DNA of 64,000 nt. Source: Octopus sinensis. Lineage: Eukaryota. The notes beneath the pieces are model-generated. The model was not told the origin of the DNA and did not search any database. It was given only the letters and a program-made list of their open reading frames with translations. The stretch spans positions 164,907 through 228,906 of the forward strand of contig NW_021831846.1 in assembly GCF_006345805.1 (NCBI RefSeq), read 5' to 3'. Below, piece by piece: positions 40,474-49,048 of the stretch. Made by a program: the position numbers and the translations under genes. Positions within the stretch are counted from its first letter, which is position 1, and every line of letters starts with the position of its first letter.

Positions 40474-43400
40474 CTTTTCTTCAGTTGCCACATTCTAGAT
40501 CAGCGTAGTTGCTACTAAGTTTTTTCAATCTCAGCAGTGGTTATTAAAACAAAATTTTTTATTTTTGTAACTTTGTTTCATTTCATTGGACTGTGGCTGT
40601 GCTGGGGCAGGCATGGTTTTGAAGGGTCTTTTTAAAACAAATAAACCCCACTACTCTTAAGTGTGGTACTTATTCTGTCTCTTTTGCCTGTTATGGGTAT
40701 GTAAACAAATCAAGTCGAGCAATGGTGATGGGGACAAGTACAGACGTGTGTGTACACACTTATATGACTGGCCTCCACATAGTTCCCATCTATCAAATTA
40801 ATGGTTTAGTTAGCTCAGGGCTATAACAGACATTTGCCCATGAAATCCGGTGCTCTGCAAAGCAAACTTCTTATTCACTCAACTAAACCTGTGCCTATAA
40901 TTCTTTACTGCTTATTACCTGGAATTTATGGACTATGCTTTGGTACCTACATAGGACCAGGTGAAGTAAGTGCTTTGATGGTTGAATTTTCATCACATCC
41001 ATCACAAAGTAGAAAGTGGTGCCAAGATATAGATTGTTGACTTCTGAGCTAGTTGTCTTAATATAGTTTTCCTTTCCAGCCGTTTGTAGTGTGTGGTGGG
41101 CGAGTTTTAGCTTGAGTACTTTATTGAAACTGAGACGGAGCTCTAGTTCTAGCGTAAGAACTTTATTGAAAATAAGGAGATGGATCTGTAAATGTTTGAT
41201 ACATGAATATTGTGACCCAAGTGTGTAATTGATGAGAATAGGGTACCACTGTTTACACTGAAGCCAACTGTTGGTATTGTGTCTTGGTCTTTAATACATT
41301 GTCCTGCTCTCCTATTACATCTGAAAATATTAGACATTTTTTTGTTTTGGGCCCCTTTTTATTTCTTTTTCACTTCCTTTTAGTTTGATGCTATGCCTGT
41401 GTCATTTGAGCAAGTGATATTTTAGTCTCGTCCAAGTACCTTCAGCTTTGAGTAGCCGAGTCTTGTAAAATTAGGTATCATTTGCCTCCTCATTCTTTCA
41501 GCTGTAAAACAGTAAAACCCTTCAAGTCCTTGCTGTGCATTTAGTTGGCTGGCCCTGCTCACAGTTTAGATCACTCATCAGTAAAGCATTTGTGATACTC
41601 TTAGATTGGAAAGGAACTCTCTCTCCCATCATTGTTCGTTGTCTTAAGGTATTAGTTAAAGAAATAATTTCATTAAATAAAAGATCACAACACAGCCTAT
41701 CATTTGACTAACTCTGCAGTGGTCCCTGGTGTTTTGAGATATTTCTAAAAAAATATTGTTAGTCCCAGGTCAGTCTTGATTGATTTGTCATCTAAGAATT
41801 CTAGTATGGGTCAAGCTTTTTTACCTCTGGTATGTATCCTTCCTTTTTTTTAAGATTTTAGGTTGTAATTTGCGAGAGATTTGGTTGATATTTGTGGCAA
41901 ATTGAGTAACCACATGGAGACCTCTACAGTTCATTCCTTCATGGGATAGGTTTTGTTCTTGCATTTTATTTATTTAAAAAAAAATTTACAGCTGATTGTT
42001 CTTTACACTTTTAAGCATTCAGGGATGATATAGGATGGTAGTATGTCTTGTCAGTTAACCAAAGTCAGTCAACCAGACAGGACACTGGGTGAAACCGAGT
42101 TAAGAGCATCTTGGTCAAGTAAACTTTCATTGTAACTTTACAGCCATTATCTTTCTGGATGTTGATGTTAAGAAACAATTGAGATTTGATATTATTTTCA
42201 CTCTGCCCCCTACCCATTGCCCTCTCCCAATTGTTTTTTTTTGTTTTTTTTTGTCATGATTTCTATTTTGTTTGTTTTGGTCCACTTCTCCAGGGAGCAC
42301 AAGCACCACTAGTTGTCTTCGGCCTACCGCTGGTGTACAATCACTGACCTCCATGAACTCTACCAAAGGAGAAAGGCCTCTCAACTATCCAAGCAGCAGT
42401 ACTACTACCAACATGGAGTTAGCTAAAGTTCTAGATTTGCATCGTTTACAACAACAACAGCAGCAGCAGCAACAACAGCAACAACAACAACAACAACAAC
42501 ACCCATCTCAACAGCCAACTTCTCCGTTGATAAGCAATGCTGCTCATGGCATTTCTCAGTCTCTGAGTGTTAACAGCTCCCCGCCATTTGGCATTCCTGT
42601 CAGCAACCGGATGCCTCTACCACGTCCACTCCCCAACATCGGAGTGCATCCAGCGGCGAATGTCTTACAGATGCAGTTTATGTTGCACGGAAGAAGTAAG
42701 TAGCTACTGGGCTTCTGAAACGTGTCCAGTACCACTGTGACCCATCTTGTATTTCCTGCATTCTATAGTAGCATCATTTTTTAGATTGTCCCATGGTAAA
42801 GTGACCTGTCTTATATTAGTCATGTTCTGTGGTGATGTTGCCATTGCATTTCGGCCGTGTTCTATATTATGTAGTCAACCTCTATTAGGCATGTTCTATA
42901 TTTTGTAGCCATTGTATGTCATGCTCTATAGTGATGTAGTCATTGTATATTAGCCATGTTCTGTGGTGCTGTAGTCATCTTATTTGCTGTGTTCTATGGT
43001 GATGTAGCCATTGTGTATTAGCCAATAGTTATGTAATTCTTGGTAGTTAGGACTTACCTATGCATGTGAATACTGGGTCTGGCAAACTTTGTGCAAGAAA
43101 TCTTCATGGTTCAACAGAGAAGGTGGTTGCAGCCATGCATGGGGTGCAGAAAATAAGATAGGGGCTAGCAAGATATCTGTCATCCACCACGTGTGTCCCC
43201 ATCCCCGATCATCTTGACCGGGGTTGAAGAGGTTATGAACAAGAGGGTGAGGTTGATAATGTGCAACTCTCCTTCACTTTAAACAAGTCATCAATCACTT
43301 TCACCCAAGATGGCTAGGTGGTCCTCGTTTGTTCTGACGGACAAACATTACCCATATTCTGTAGTGATGTAGCCATTTTATATCACTGATTTTCCATATA

Positions 43401-45780
43401 AGTGTGGCCCCTGCACAGTATTAGCCATTCTGCTTTTACCATTCCTCCTTATCCCTGGCAAGGTCAGCAGTTTTATTAAATCTAATATTAACATCTGGTT
43501 AAATCCTTGTTAACTTTGGGGAGATATGTCTCCTGCAAAAGTTCACCAGCAAAATAATGTTCTGTTGCCTTATTTTTGACAATTTGCACTTGTTCGTTAT
43601 TAATTTTCCTGGAAAATTTATTCCAACCAATGTATTAAGGGTATGGGTCTTATTGTAATTATATTGTCACTGGGCTGACTATGATAACCGAAAGCCATGC
43701 TGGATTTTTAGGAATAACCATTTATTATCCCCAATTCTTAACCTAAACAACACGGCAAAAACAAAATCAACACCCGTTTATGTCGGTAGTTTTACATCTA
43801 ATTCCCTAAATGTATATTTAGAGTAATAAAAATTATTCCCCCTTACATTGCCGTAAATTTGTAATCCTTTTACTGTCTGCATTCTTTTACAATACTGTGG
43901 TGACTGATCATTAATGTCAATGTCTGTTCATGAAATCTAATTTGCTTCATCCTACAGTGATGGCATTTGATTCGATGCTGCGATTGTTTCTTTTTAGAAT
44001 GGCATTGTATGGTAGGTGTGGGAGACGGTATTTGGCCAGTTTGAGCATAGGATGGGTAGAATATTTGGGCTGCATGTGGCCAGTTTAAATGGATTTTCTT
44101 TTTGTTTTTGTTTTTTGTTTTCTTGGAGAGGTGGCTGGGCGGTGGTGTCGCAGAACCAGTCCAGCTATGAAAGTGGTTGGTATCAAAAGCATTAGACTGG
44201 AGAACAAATAAGTTGCGACATCAGATTAAGCTGGTATTCAGCGAGTTAATCTTTTAAACTGCATTTAGTTGGACTCGAAACCCAATTGTCATATGTAACC
44301 TGTTCATTCCCACACAATAGACCATTCAAGACCTGTTACTTTATTTGTTGACGTCCTCATTATCACAATCATTAGTATTTAGCATCTAGTTTTTCTATGC
44401 TAGCATGAGTTGGACAGTCTTTTCACCACTTGTTGAGGTCTGAAGTCATTTCCTTTGTCAGGTTCCTCATTTTAAGATCGTTTTCCACTATTTATGTTTG
44501 TTCTTTTCTTTTTTTTTCTTATTCATTTTCATTTTTAGAAACTTGTTCTTTTACAGTTTCATATATCAGCTTGGGGCAAGTCACTCAATCATAAAGGTGT
44601 GGGGTTTTTCTTGCATCAACCTGTCAGGCAAATTAACCTGGAAGGTTGAAACTTCAGCGATCCATTTGGTCAGATAGTAGTCCAGTATTTCCATCTCAGT
44701 TCCATCCCTTGGTGTCTACCACTCCTAGAATTTGGGCACATGTACAAACTTTGCTGAACAAGGTATTCAGTGCTTCACCACTCAAAAGAAAGGAAAACCA
44801 CAATGGTTTCCATGCAACAATCAGATAGTGGAACTACGCAAAACATTGGGATAGGTGAAATTATTTTGCTTAAAGTAGGAAGTAAGGAAACTTGAATTTA
44901 ATTGACCATTGCATTAATTCATGAGTTCCATGTGTGTGTCTCTATCTGTGTGTCTATATTGCTTGCTTTCTGTCTATTGCAGTGGCTGCCATGCATGCAC
45001 AACGCTCGGCAGCTTTGGAGACACGCTTTCCAGGCAGCATGCGAGCGGTCTATCCTGGAGTGGTAGCACCACTGGTCCAGAGAACGTCCTTGGCTACAAC
45101 TTCTTCTATTGGTATGACACCAAACCCGGCAGCTGCTGGGGTTGTGAATGTGGGCATGGGACAAGCTGTCTCCTCACAGATACCTTCTTCCCTTCACAAG
45201 CAAGGTGAGTAATTTGAATGATAGGGGTAGGGTTCAAGCAGTGGCATTGGAGATGAATGTCTGGGGACTCCAGATGGTGGTGTTGAGACTCTGATAGTGT
45301 TGGTGGTAGCCTAGAAATCAGGTGGTGGTGTTAATGATACCCTGGGACTTGGAAGGAAGGTGGTGGTGACCTGATATTTGAATGTCGGTGGTGTTGGTAA
45401 TGGCTTAGAACTTGAATGTTGATGGTTGAGGTCTGGGATTTTGGATAGTGGTGTTGGTAGTGGGCCTGGAACTCAAATAGTGGTGGTACATCTGAAATTC
45501 TTTTATCTGTTCCTTTATATCCCCCCCCACCCAAGTCTACCTTTATTTTTTAATTTTTGTTTTTCCTAATTTTATCTTTATCGTTTCAGTCTCTGGAAGC
45601 AGTTCTCAGAAATCCAGCTCTTCATCATTAGGAAATATGACAAACACATCTGGAGCTGATGTACTGAAGTGGTTTGACAGTGACTCACTCCGGACCCAGC
45701 TTCCAAACATGCCTCTCCCGCCGCAGGGTCAGAAGGTTTTTACTGTGGATGAATTGGAGCGTAACCAGCAGGCTGTCTGA
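2961..45780 (+). CDS. EIF4ENIF1: eIF4E nuclear import factor 1 / 4E-transporter (4E-T), 5'-partial, 15 coding exons in window, 1151 aa
   Basis: join(2961..3087,9846..10526,12302..12403,15115..15296,18213..18302,19554..20007,22444..22544,22994..23112,24466..24526,29513..29621,31087..31511,36144..36333,42294..42695,44983..45204,45590..45780) = 3456 nt. All GT-AG, phases match, no internal stop. Motifs recognised from 4E-T proteins: SRFSRWFS, VKTVAEIEADL, DMSAFNKLL, FTPTSVIRKM, GRPIVKG, C-terminal LKWFDSD...KVFTVDELER. The eIF4E-binding YxxxxL motif is not in the window. Confidence 0.9.
4284..4621 (+). mobile_element. tRNA-derived SINE (family C)
   Basis: A/B-box head (TGGCTCAGTGGTTAG ... GAGTTTGATTCCC); 9-bp TSD AATCCTGCA; second copy at 55263-55601. 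Confidence 0.8.
6552..6935 (-). mobile_element. RTE 3' UTR-derived repeat, (GAT)n tail
   Basis: Inverted copy of the 1-494 family. Confidence 0.72.
8600..9420 (-). mobile_element. Decayed RTE-clade LINE 3' end (RT C-terminus plus UTR)
   Basis: Minus strand reads ...PHGSEMW...RLHW...KVEGSCVRGRPRKIWDKV...MLSLRKEMT with stops; runs into a diverged version of the (GAT)n-tail family. Confidence 0.7.
9846..10526 (+). CDS. EIF4ENIF1: 4E-T exon, Q/P/H-rich with His10 tract
   Basis: aatcag acceptor, GTAAGC donor, 681 nt, phase 1-1, matches ORF 9905..10576. Confidence 0.85.
10814..10986. mobile_element. piggyBac-like MITE (family 1)
   Basis: TTAA|CCCTTTCGTTAC ... GTAACAAAAGGG|TTAA. Confidence 0.7.
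12302..12403 (+). CDS. EIF4ENIF1: 4E-T exon: GSPTNVNVHDASAQLKALLFGK...
   Basis: Polypyrimidine + TAG acceptor, GTATAA donor, 102 nt, phase 1-1. Confidence 0.8.
12687..12867. repeat. 181-nt palindrome (90-bp arms, 1-nt centre)
   Basis: Arms are reverse complements except at 3 positions (on the + strand two G:U-compatible, one G:A). Confidence 0.92.
12932..13330 (+). pseudogene. Penelope-like element ORF fragment (pre-RT DKG region)
   Basis: LNISPAELSAL*...KDIIIK(fs)ANNGGAVVVWRADLYKVE.LCQLRDPSF corresponds to the Penelope-like IKPADKGGAVVVW motif; stop plus frameshift. Confidence 0.75.
13790..14290 (-). mobile_element. CR1/L2-clade LINE 3' fragment
   Basis: ORF 14056..14331: HLPYPEHLTSLGMDTLKLRHL..DL..THKII...HPSNTRGHIYK...FFF then AEAWNKLPASVV; short (ATT)n-like tail at ~13795. 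Confidence 0.75.
14722..15067 (-). mobile_element. Non-autonomous Helitron
   Basis: 5' TC, 3' hairpin (CCCGAGCAACGCCGGG) + CTAG, inserted between A and T; internal variant relative to other copies. Confidence 0.8.
15115..15296 (+). CDS. EIF4ENIF1: 4E-T exon: GMPGRVKTVAEIEADL...DMSAFNKLLSMMK
   Basis: Strong ttttgcag acceptor, GTAAGA donor, conserved 4E-T motifs. Confidence 0.9.
15445..15883 (+). mobile_element. Composite tRNA-derived SINE (family A) with internal (TG)n(TA)n
   Basis: Head GGCGCAGGAGTGGCTGTGTGG...GGGTTCAGTCCC, central microsatellite, tail ...GAAACAAGTAAAAGAG; ends approximate. Confidence 0.8.
16240..16640 (-). mobile_element. Decayed RTE-clade LINE C-terminal fragment
   Basis: Minus strand ...IQTAEIGF...IPRTRWLDDIHSFSWSCLRIQPE... 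resembles RTE (Expander/Rex3-type) C-termini. Confidence 0.6.
18213..18302 (+). CDS. EIF4ENIF1: 4E-T exon: IPDRRSPPNLPAQPPP...
   Basis: ttctttcag acceptor, GTAGGT donor, 90 nt, phase 0-0. Confidence 0.8.
19554..20007 (+). CDS. EIF4ENIF1: 4E-T exon, Q-rich
   Basis: ttacag acceptor, GTAAGT donor, within ORF 19512..20135. Confidence 0.87.
20985..21188. mobile_element. piggyBac-like MITE (family 2)
   Basis: TTAA flanks, right end CTAAAGGG; internal sequence shared with 23147, 23486, 30115. Confidence 0.6.
21946..22340 (-). mobile_element. Non-autonomous Helitron
   Basis: A|TC...CTAG|T ends, subterminal hairpin; same family as 29683. Confidence 0.82.
22444..22544 (+). CDS. EIF4ENIF1: 4E-T exon: MFSQQPPVHLSAP...
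   Basis: ttttattgcag acceptor, GTAATA donor, phase 1 to 0. Confidence 0.8.
22994..23112 (+). CDS. EIF4ENIF1: 4E-T exon: SATNIRPHSVLPRVNSPKD...
   Basis: ttcttcag acceptor, weak AG|GTCTTT donor, phase 0 to 2 matches next exon. Confidence 0.72.
23147..23318. mobile_element. piggyBac-like MITE (family 2)
   Basis: TTAA|CCCTTCAG ... CTAAAGGG|TTAA. Confidence 0.68.
23486..23694. mobile_element. piggyBac-like MITE (family 2)
   Basis: TTAA|CCCTTTAG ... CTAAAGGG|TTAA. Confidence 0.7.
24020..24239. mobile_element. piggyBac-like MITE (family 1)
   Basis: TTAA|CCCTTTCATTAC ... GTAACGAAAGGG|TTAA; a diverged inverted copy also lies at ~18530-18732. Confidence 0.72.
24466..24526 (+). CDS. EIF4ENIF1: 4E-T exon: RSKSPVSISRGIPTPVNMGPK
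   Basis: ttttacag acceptor, GTAAGT donor, phase 2 to 0. Confidence 0.8.
28034..28553. mobile_element. hAT-like MITE interrupted by a SINE
   Basis: Ends TAGTGGCTACCAACC ... GGTTGGAAACCACTG; 8-bp TSD GGCTAACC / GACTAACC; SINE at ~28105-28465 nested inside. Confidence 0.6.
28970..29352 (-). mobile_element. tRNA-derived SINE (family B), full length
   Basis: 11-bp TSD ACTGGACAGGT at 28959-28969 and 29353-29363; near-identical to 2241 and 53690 copies. Confidence 0.87.
29513..29621 (+). CDS. EIF4ENIF1: 4E-T exon: TSVSVAFTPTSVIRKMHSEK...
   Basis: tttttag acceptor, GTACGT donor, conserved FTPTSVIRKM motif. Confidence 0.88.
29683..30064 (+). mobile_element. Non-autonomous Helitron
   Basis: A|TCTTTATATATAAAAG ... 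CCCGAGCAACGCCGGGCGATACTGCTAG|T. Confidence 0.83.
30115..30280. mobile_element. piggyBac-like MITE (family 2, inverted)
   Basis: TTAA|CCCTTTAG ... CTAAAGGG|TTAA. Confidence 0.68.
31087..31511 (+). CDS. EIF4ENIF1: 4E-T exon, Ser/Pro-rich
   Basis: tttttttag acceptor, CAG|GTAGGA donor, within ORF 30906..31670. Confidence 0.83.
31567..33133. repeat. Minisatellite: ~50 units of TCGTATCTCTTAATC(C/T)AG + (CAC)n
   Basis: Counted by eye; 18-nt constant core with variable CAC copy number; starts ~55 nt after the 4E-T donor at 31512. Confidence 0.95.
36144..36333 (+). CDS. EIF4ENIF1: 4E-T exon ending GRPIVKG
   Basis: gtttcag acceptor, GTAACA donor, within ORF 36111..36368. Confidence 0.87.
38088..38540 (-). 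mobile_element. Composite SINE family A
   Basis: Reverse-complement copy of the 15445 element. Confidence 0.8.
39896..40075. mobile_element. Head-to-head Penelope-like pLTR fragments with hammerhead-like motifs
   Basis: - strand CTGATGA-A-GCCTG..CAGCC-GAAAC (39976..39944); + strand TTGATGAAGAA-GGCTG..CAGCC-GAAAT (40005-40040); 34-nt inverted arms. Confidence 0.5.
42294..42695 (+). CDS. EIF4ENIF1: 4E-T exon with ~Q17 tract
   Basis: ttctccag acceptor, GTAAGT donor, 402 nt, phase 1-1. Confidence 0.87.
44983..45204 (+). CDS. EIF4ENIF1: 4E-T penultimate coding exon
   Basis: attgcag acceptor, GTGAGT donor, 222 nt, phase 1-1. Confidence 0.83.
45590..45780 (+). CDS. EIF4ENIF1: 4E-T last coding exon (...LKWFDSD...KVFTVDELERNQQAV*)
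   Basis: gtttcag acceptor, TGA at 45778-45780; resembles the vertebrate 4E-T C-terminal LAKWFGSD...VISVDELE motif. Confidence 0.9.
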
Positions 45781-45830
45781 GAACCTTTCTATCTTTTCTT
45801 CTTTCCCCCCTCTCCCAACAACACTTGTTA

Positions 45831-45990
45831 TATATATGCGTGTGTGTATGTAATCATACATGTATATATGCGTGTGTGTATGTAATCATACATGTATATA
45901 TGCGTGTGTGTATGTAATCATACATGTATATATGCGTGTGTGTATGTAATCATACATGTATATATGCATGTGTATGTAATCATACACATA
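45831..45990 (+). repeat. 32-nt tandem repeat, 4 full plus 1 partial copy, in the 4E-T 3' UTR
   Basis: Unit TATATATGCGTGTGTGTATGTAATCATACATG, period 32 (45841, 45873, 45905, 45937). Confidence 0.88.
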
Positions 45991-46088
45991 TATATATGCA
46001 TGTGTGTAATTGTACATGTATATATGCATGTATGCAGCAACTGTCAGCTTGCATATCTACATATACAGATTACCTACAGTTGTGTGTA

Positions 46089-46122
<34 letters not shown>

Positions 46123-47499
46123 CACATGTGTGCATGTATATCGACGTGTTTACATGCATGTGTATATGCATGTCTACATATGCACATTGCATATAAGTGT
46201 ACATTTTCTTACTAATTTCTTGTTCTTGGTTTCTTCTCCCATCTCTTCTTCCTCCTCCTCTTCCTTTCCCCCTTACTTTCACTTTTGTATCTCAATTCTT
46301 GATCTGATAGGTCTCTCTTGGCTCAGGGTGTTTGCCAGAGAAAGTTTGTAAAAATAAAAAAAAACACTTAACCTTGTTCATTAAAAAAGAAAAACACAAA
46401 AAAAGAACAAACCAAAATTTCCAACCAAAAGGATTCTTTGGTGGAGTTAATGCTGTGGTCCCCTGGTCCCCTACCACCCACCCTTTTATTTTTTTCCAAA
46501 TTTTTTTCTTTTCTTTCCAAGAGACAAAAAAAAATGGAAAGTAAAAAAAAAAAAAAATCTGAACAAAATACATGTATAAAAAATTTTTTTGGGGTGGGTG
46601 ATGAGTTAAGAAGGGTGGGGGGTTTGGGACAAGGAAAGAAGAAAAAATAGATCCCGCCCTCCTTTTCTTCTTCCACACACAAATACTAAAAACAAAAAGC
46701 AACAGAAGGACTATTGTTCAATGTTTATCGTTCTTTTTTTTCCCTTTTTTTTTTTAAAAAATAAACTTTTTTTGAAAATATTTTTTCTTTTTTGTATCCT
46801 TCCGGTGTTTGCTTGAATTTTTTCGGAAAACAAAAAAAAAATTAAATATTCCCTAAAAAAAAACAAGAAAAAAATAGCTCCCATCCCTTCTGTTTGCTGT
46901 TAAAATTTCTTGCTATACTTGTTCATATGTTACATGCATGTTGAAGTCTCGTTTACCGGAGACGAAGCTGATGATGATAATAAAGATAAAACCAAAAAAA
47001 AAATTAGGAAAAATATTTTTTGAATATAAATGTTTTACTCTTCTGCTCCTTAATACCATATATAAACCATTTGATAAACAATATTTAGATGCGAGTTACT
47101 ATGTTTGTTTGGATAGTACAGTCACCATATGGCTTGTCTAATGTGCCCTGTACTCTTCTGCAATAGTACACATGTTATACAAGCCTGTCTGGTTACTGTA
47201 CTATACAAACCCTTAAACATAGTAGCTCACACTTAAATTCTGTGTTTATTAAATTTTTATCTCTTACTGGATCGATTAGGTTCTTTTTATTGCTCCTACC
47301 ATTAATGGAACTGTACAAATATGCAATCATTTGGGCATCCTGATGTATGGCACTTGCACAGGTAATGTTGTTTTGATGGAAGCAGTGAGCTAATGGTACA
47401 GCACAAACATTTGATCATTATAAGCAATTCATTTGTGTAGGTTGTTCAGCAAAAGCTGAATGCTCATGTCATCTTTGACAGAAGAGTCCATAAGACCCA

Positions 47500-48135
47500 G
47501 GCTGCTTCCTGCACCAGTTCCGCATAGCCCCTGCCCATTCAAAGTACCCTGGATTCCAGAACGTCCCGCTGTGCTTGAGGAGACCTGTTGAGTCAAGAAC
47601 ATGAACATCGAAATAAATATTAATGGAAATAGTAGTTGTGATACCTGTGCCGGTGGCACATAAAGAGCACCATCCGAACGTTGCCAGTGCCGCCTCGACT
47701 GGCTTCTGTGCCGGTAGCACATAAAAAGCACCATCCGAATGTGGCCGATGCCAGCGTCGCCCCAACTGGCTTCTGTGCCGGTGGCACATAAAAAGCACCA
47801 TCCAAACGTGGCCGATGCCAGTGCTGCCTCAGCTGGCTTCAGTGCCGGTGGCACATAAAAAGCACCATCCGAACGTGGCCGTTGCCAGCACCGCCTTGGT
47901 TGGCTTCCGTACCAGTGGTACGTTAAAAGCTCCAACTGATCGTGGCCGATGCCGGACCCCCCTCCCCCTGACACCTGTGCAGATGGCATGTAAAAAGTAC
48001 CCACTACACTCGCGGAGTGGTTGGCGTTAGGAAGGGCATCCAGCTGTAGAAACTCTGCCAGATCAGACTGGAGCCTGGTGCAGCCCATGGCTTCCCAGAC
48101 CCTGGTTGAACTGTCCAACCTGTGCTTGCGCGGAA
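47500..48135 (+). mobile_element. RTE 3' UTR-derived repeat with ~6 tandem subrepeats
   Basis: Repeated TGCCGGTGGCACATAAAAAGCACCATCCGAACGTGGCCGATGCCAG units; explains ORFs 47429, 47469, 47620, 47815. Confidence 0.72.
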
Positions 48136-48800
48136 AACTCTGTCCAAATTGGTGTGCTAAACAGAAATTGTCTTTTCTGTAGAGCAGTAGTTTTCAACCA
48201 GGGTTCCGCCAGAAGTTACAAAACTGCTAAAATCGGCAGTAATTTTTAAGTCTCTGTGCAGATACGTGTGCATAAGACTATTAAATTATTGCACAGGGGT
48301 TTCTCGAGCCAGTGGAATGTTTCCTTGGGGTTCTGCTCCAGCAAAAAGTTTGAAAAGCACTGCTATAGAGCTTTAAAATGTTTAAATGAAACAAATGGTA
48401 TGTGCTGCTTAGGCGGTCAGGTAACATTGCCAGTACTACCAGCTCCTTCTCTACATCTTACGCATCTTCTAAAAGGCACTTCTTCTTAGTTAAAGGATTT
48501 TCTGACCAATAGCAGACAATACAACTCTGCAAATGTCATCGTTTGGTGCATCTAAGAAAACCTGAATTTACACCGACGTCAAAGTTCAAGGGCAAATCCA
48601 TCACCTTATTGGTCCCCTGTTACCCACAAATGAACAAGCCCAGTTTCTCCAAATTTACTTTGAGCTTTATGAGTGATGTAGGCCAACAAACCCAAAGGAG
48701 GTGTCAACATTTCAGATGATGGGTCGGGTTAATGCTGACTGCTACAAGAGAGAGAGTATCCACTGACAGCTTTTCGGTGCATTAAAAAATCACATAACCC
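48135..48800 (+). pseudogene. Fossil autonomous Helitron Rep/helicase N-terminal fragment
   Basis: After removing the MITE at 48185-48362: FCRALKCLNETNGMCCLGGQVTLP...SKDFLTNSRQYNSA(F)QMSSFGA...PT(F)KVQGQIHHLIGPLLPTNEQAQFLQIYF, with stops and frameshifts; matches recalled Helitron Rep N-terminal motifs. Confidence 0.75.
48185..48362. mobile_element. hAT-like MITE
   Basis: TIRs CAGTAGTTTTCAACC / revcomp CAGTGCTTTTCAAAC; 8-bp TSD CTGTAGAG / CTATAGAG. Confidence 0.75.
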
Positions 48801-49002
48801 CTGCAGGTTAGGGCCTGAAGTGGTCCAAACAGATGTATAACCTGTGGCTTAGTTGAATTAGCCCATCATTTACTCCACAAATGTTTTGTTGTCAATGCTA
48901 CACTTTCCCATCTCACCTGTTTCAACATAACTGTAATATATTATATACAAACTATGCCATTTTAATCCCAAGCAATGCTGGGTATTTCTGCTAGTATATA
49001 TA

Positions 49003-49048
<46 letters not shown>

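Noticed and set aside
41149-41337. TIPTVGFSV, resembling an ARF/ARL GTPase switch-I motif
   Set aside because: No P-loop or DxxG motif nearby and the frame stops soon after; likely coincidence.
46330-46900. Odd homopolymer-rich tract in the 4E-T 3' region
   Set aside because: Run-length inflation suggests poorly polished long-read sequence (also ~61380-61700); the poly(A) site could not be assigned.
47429-48118. 229-aa minus-strand ORF whose end looks like a terminal exon
   Set aside because: Largely the antisense of an RTE 3' end and its tandem UTR subrepeats.
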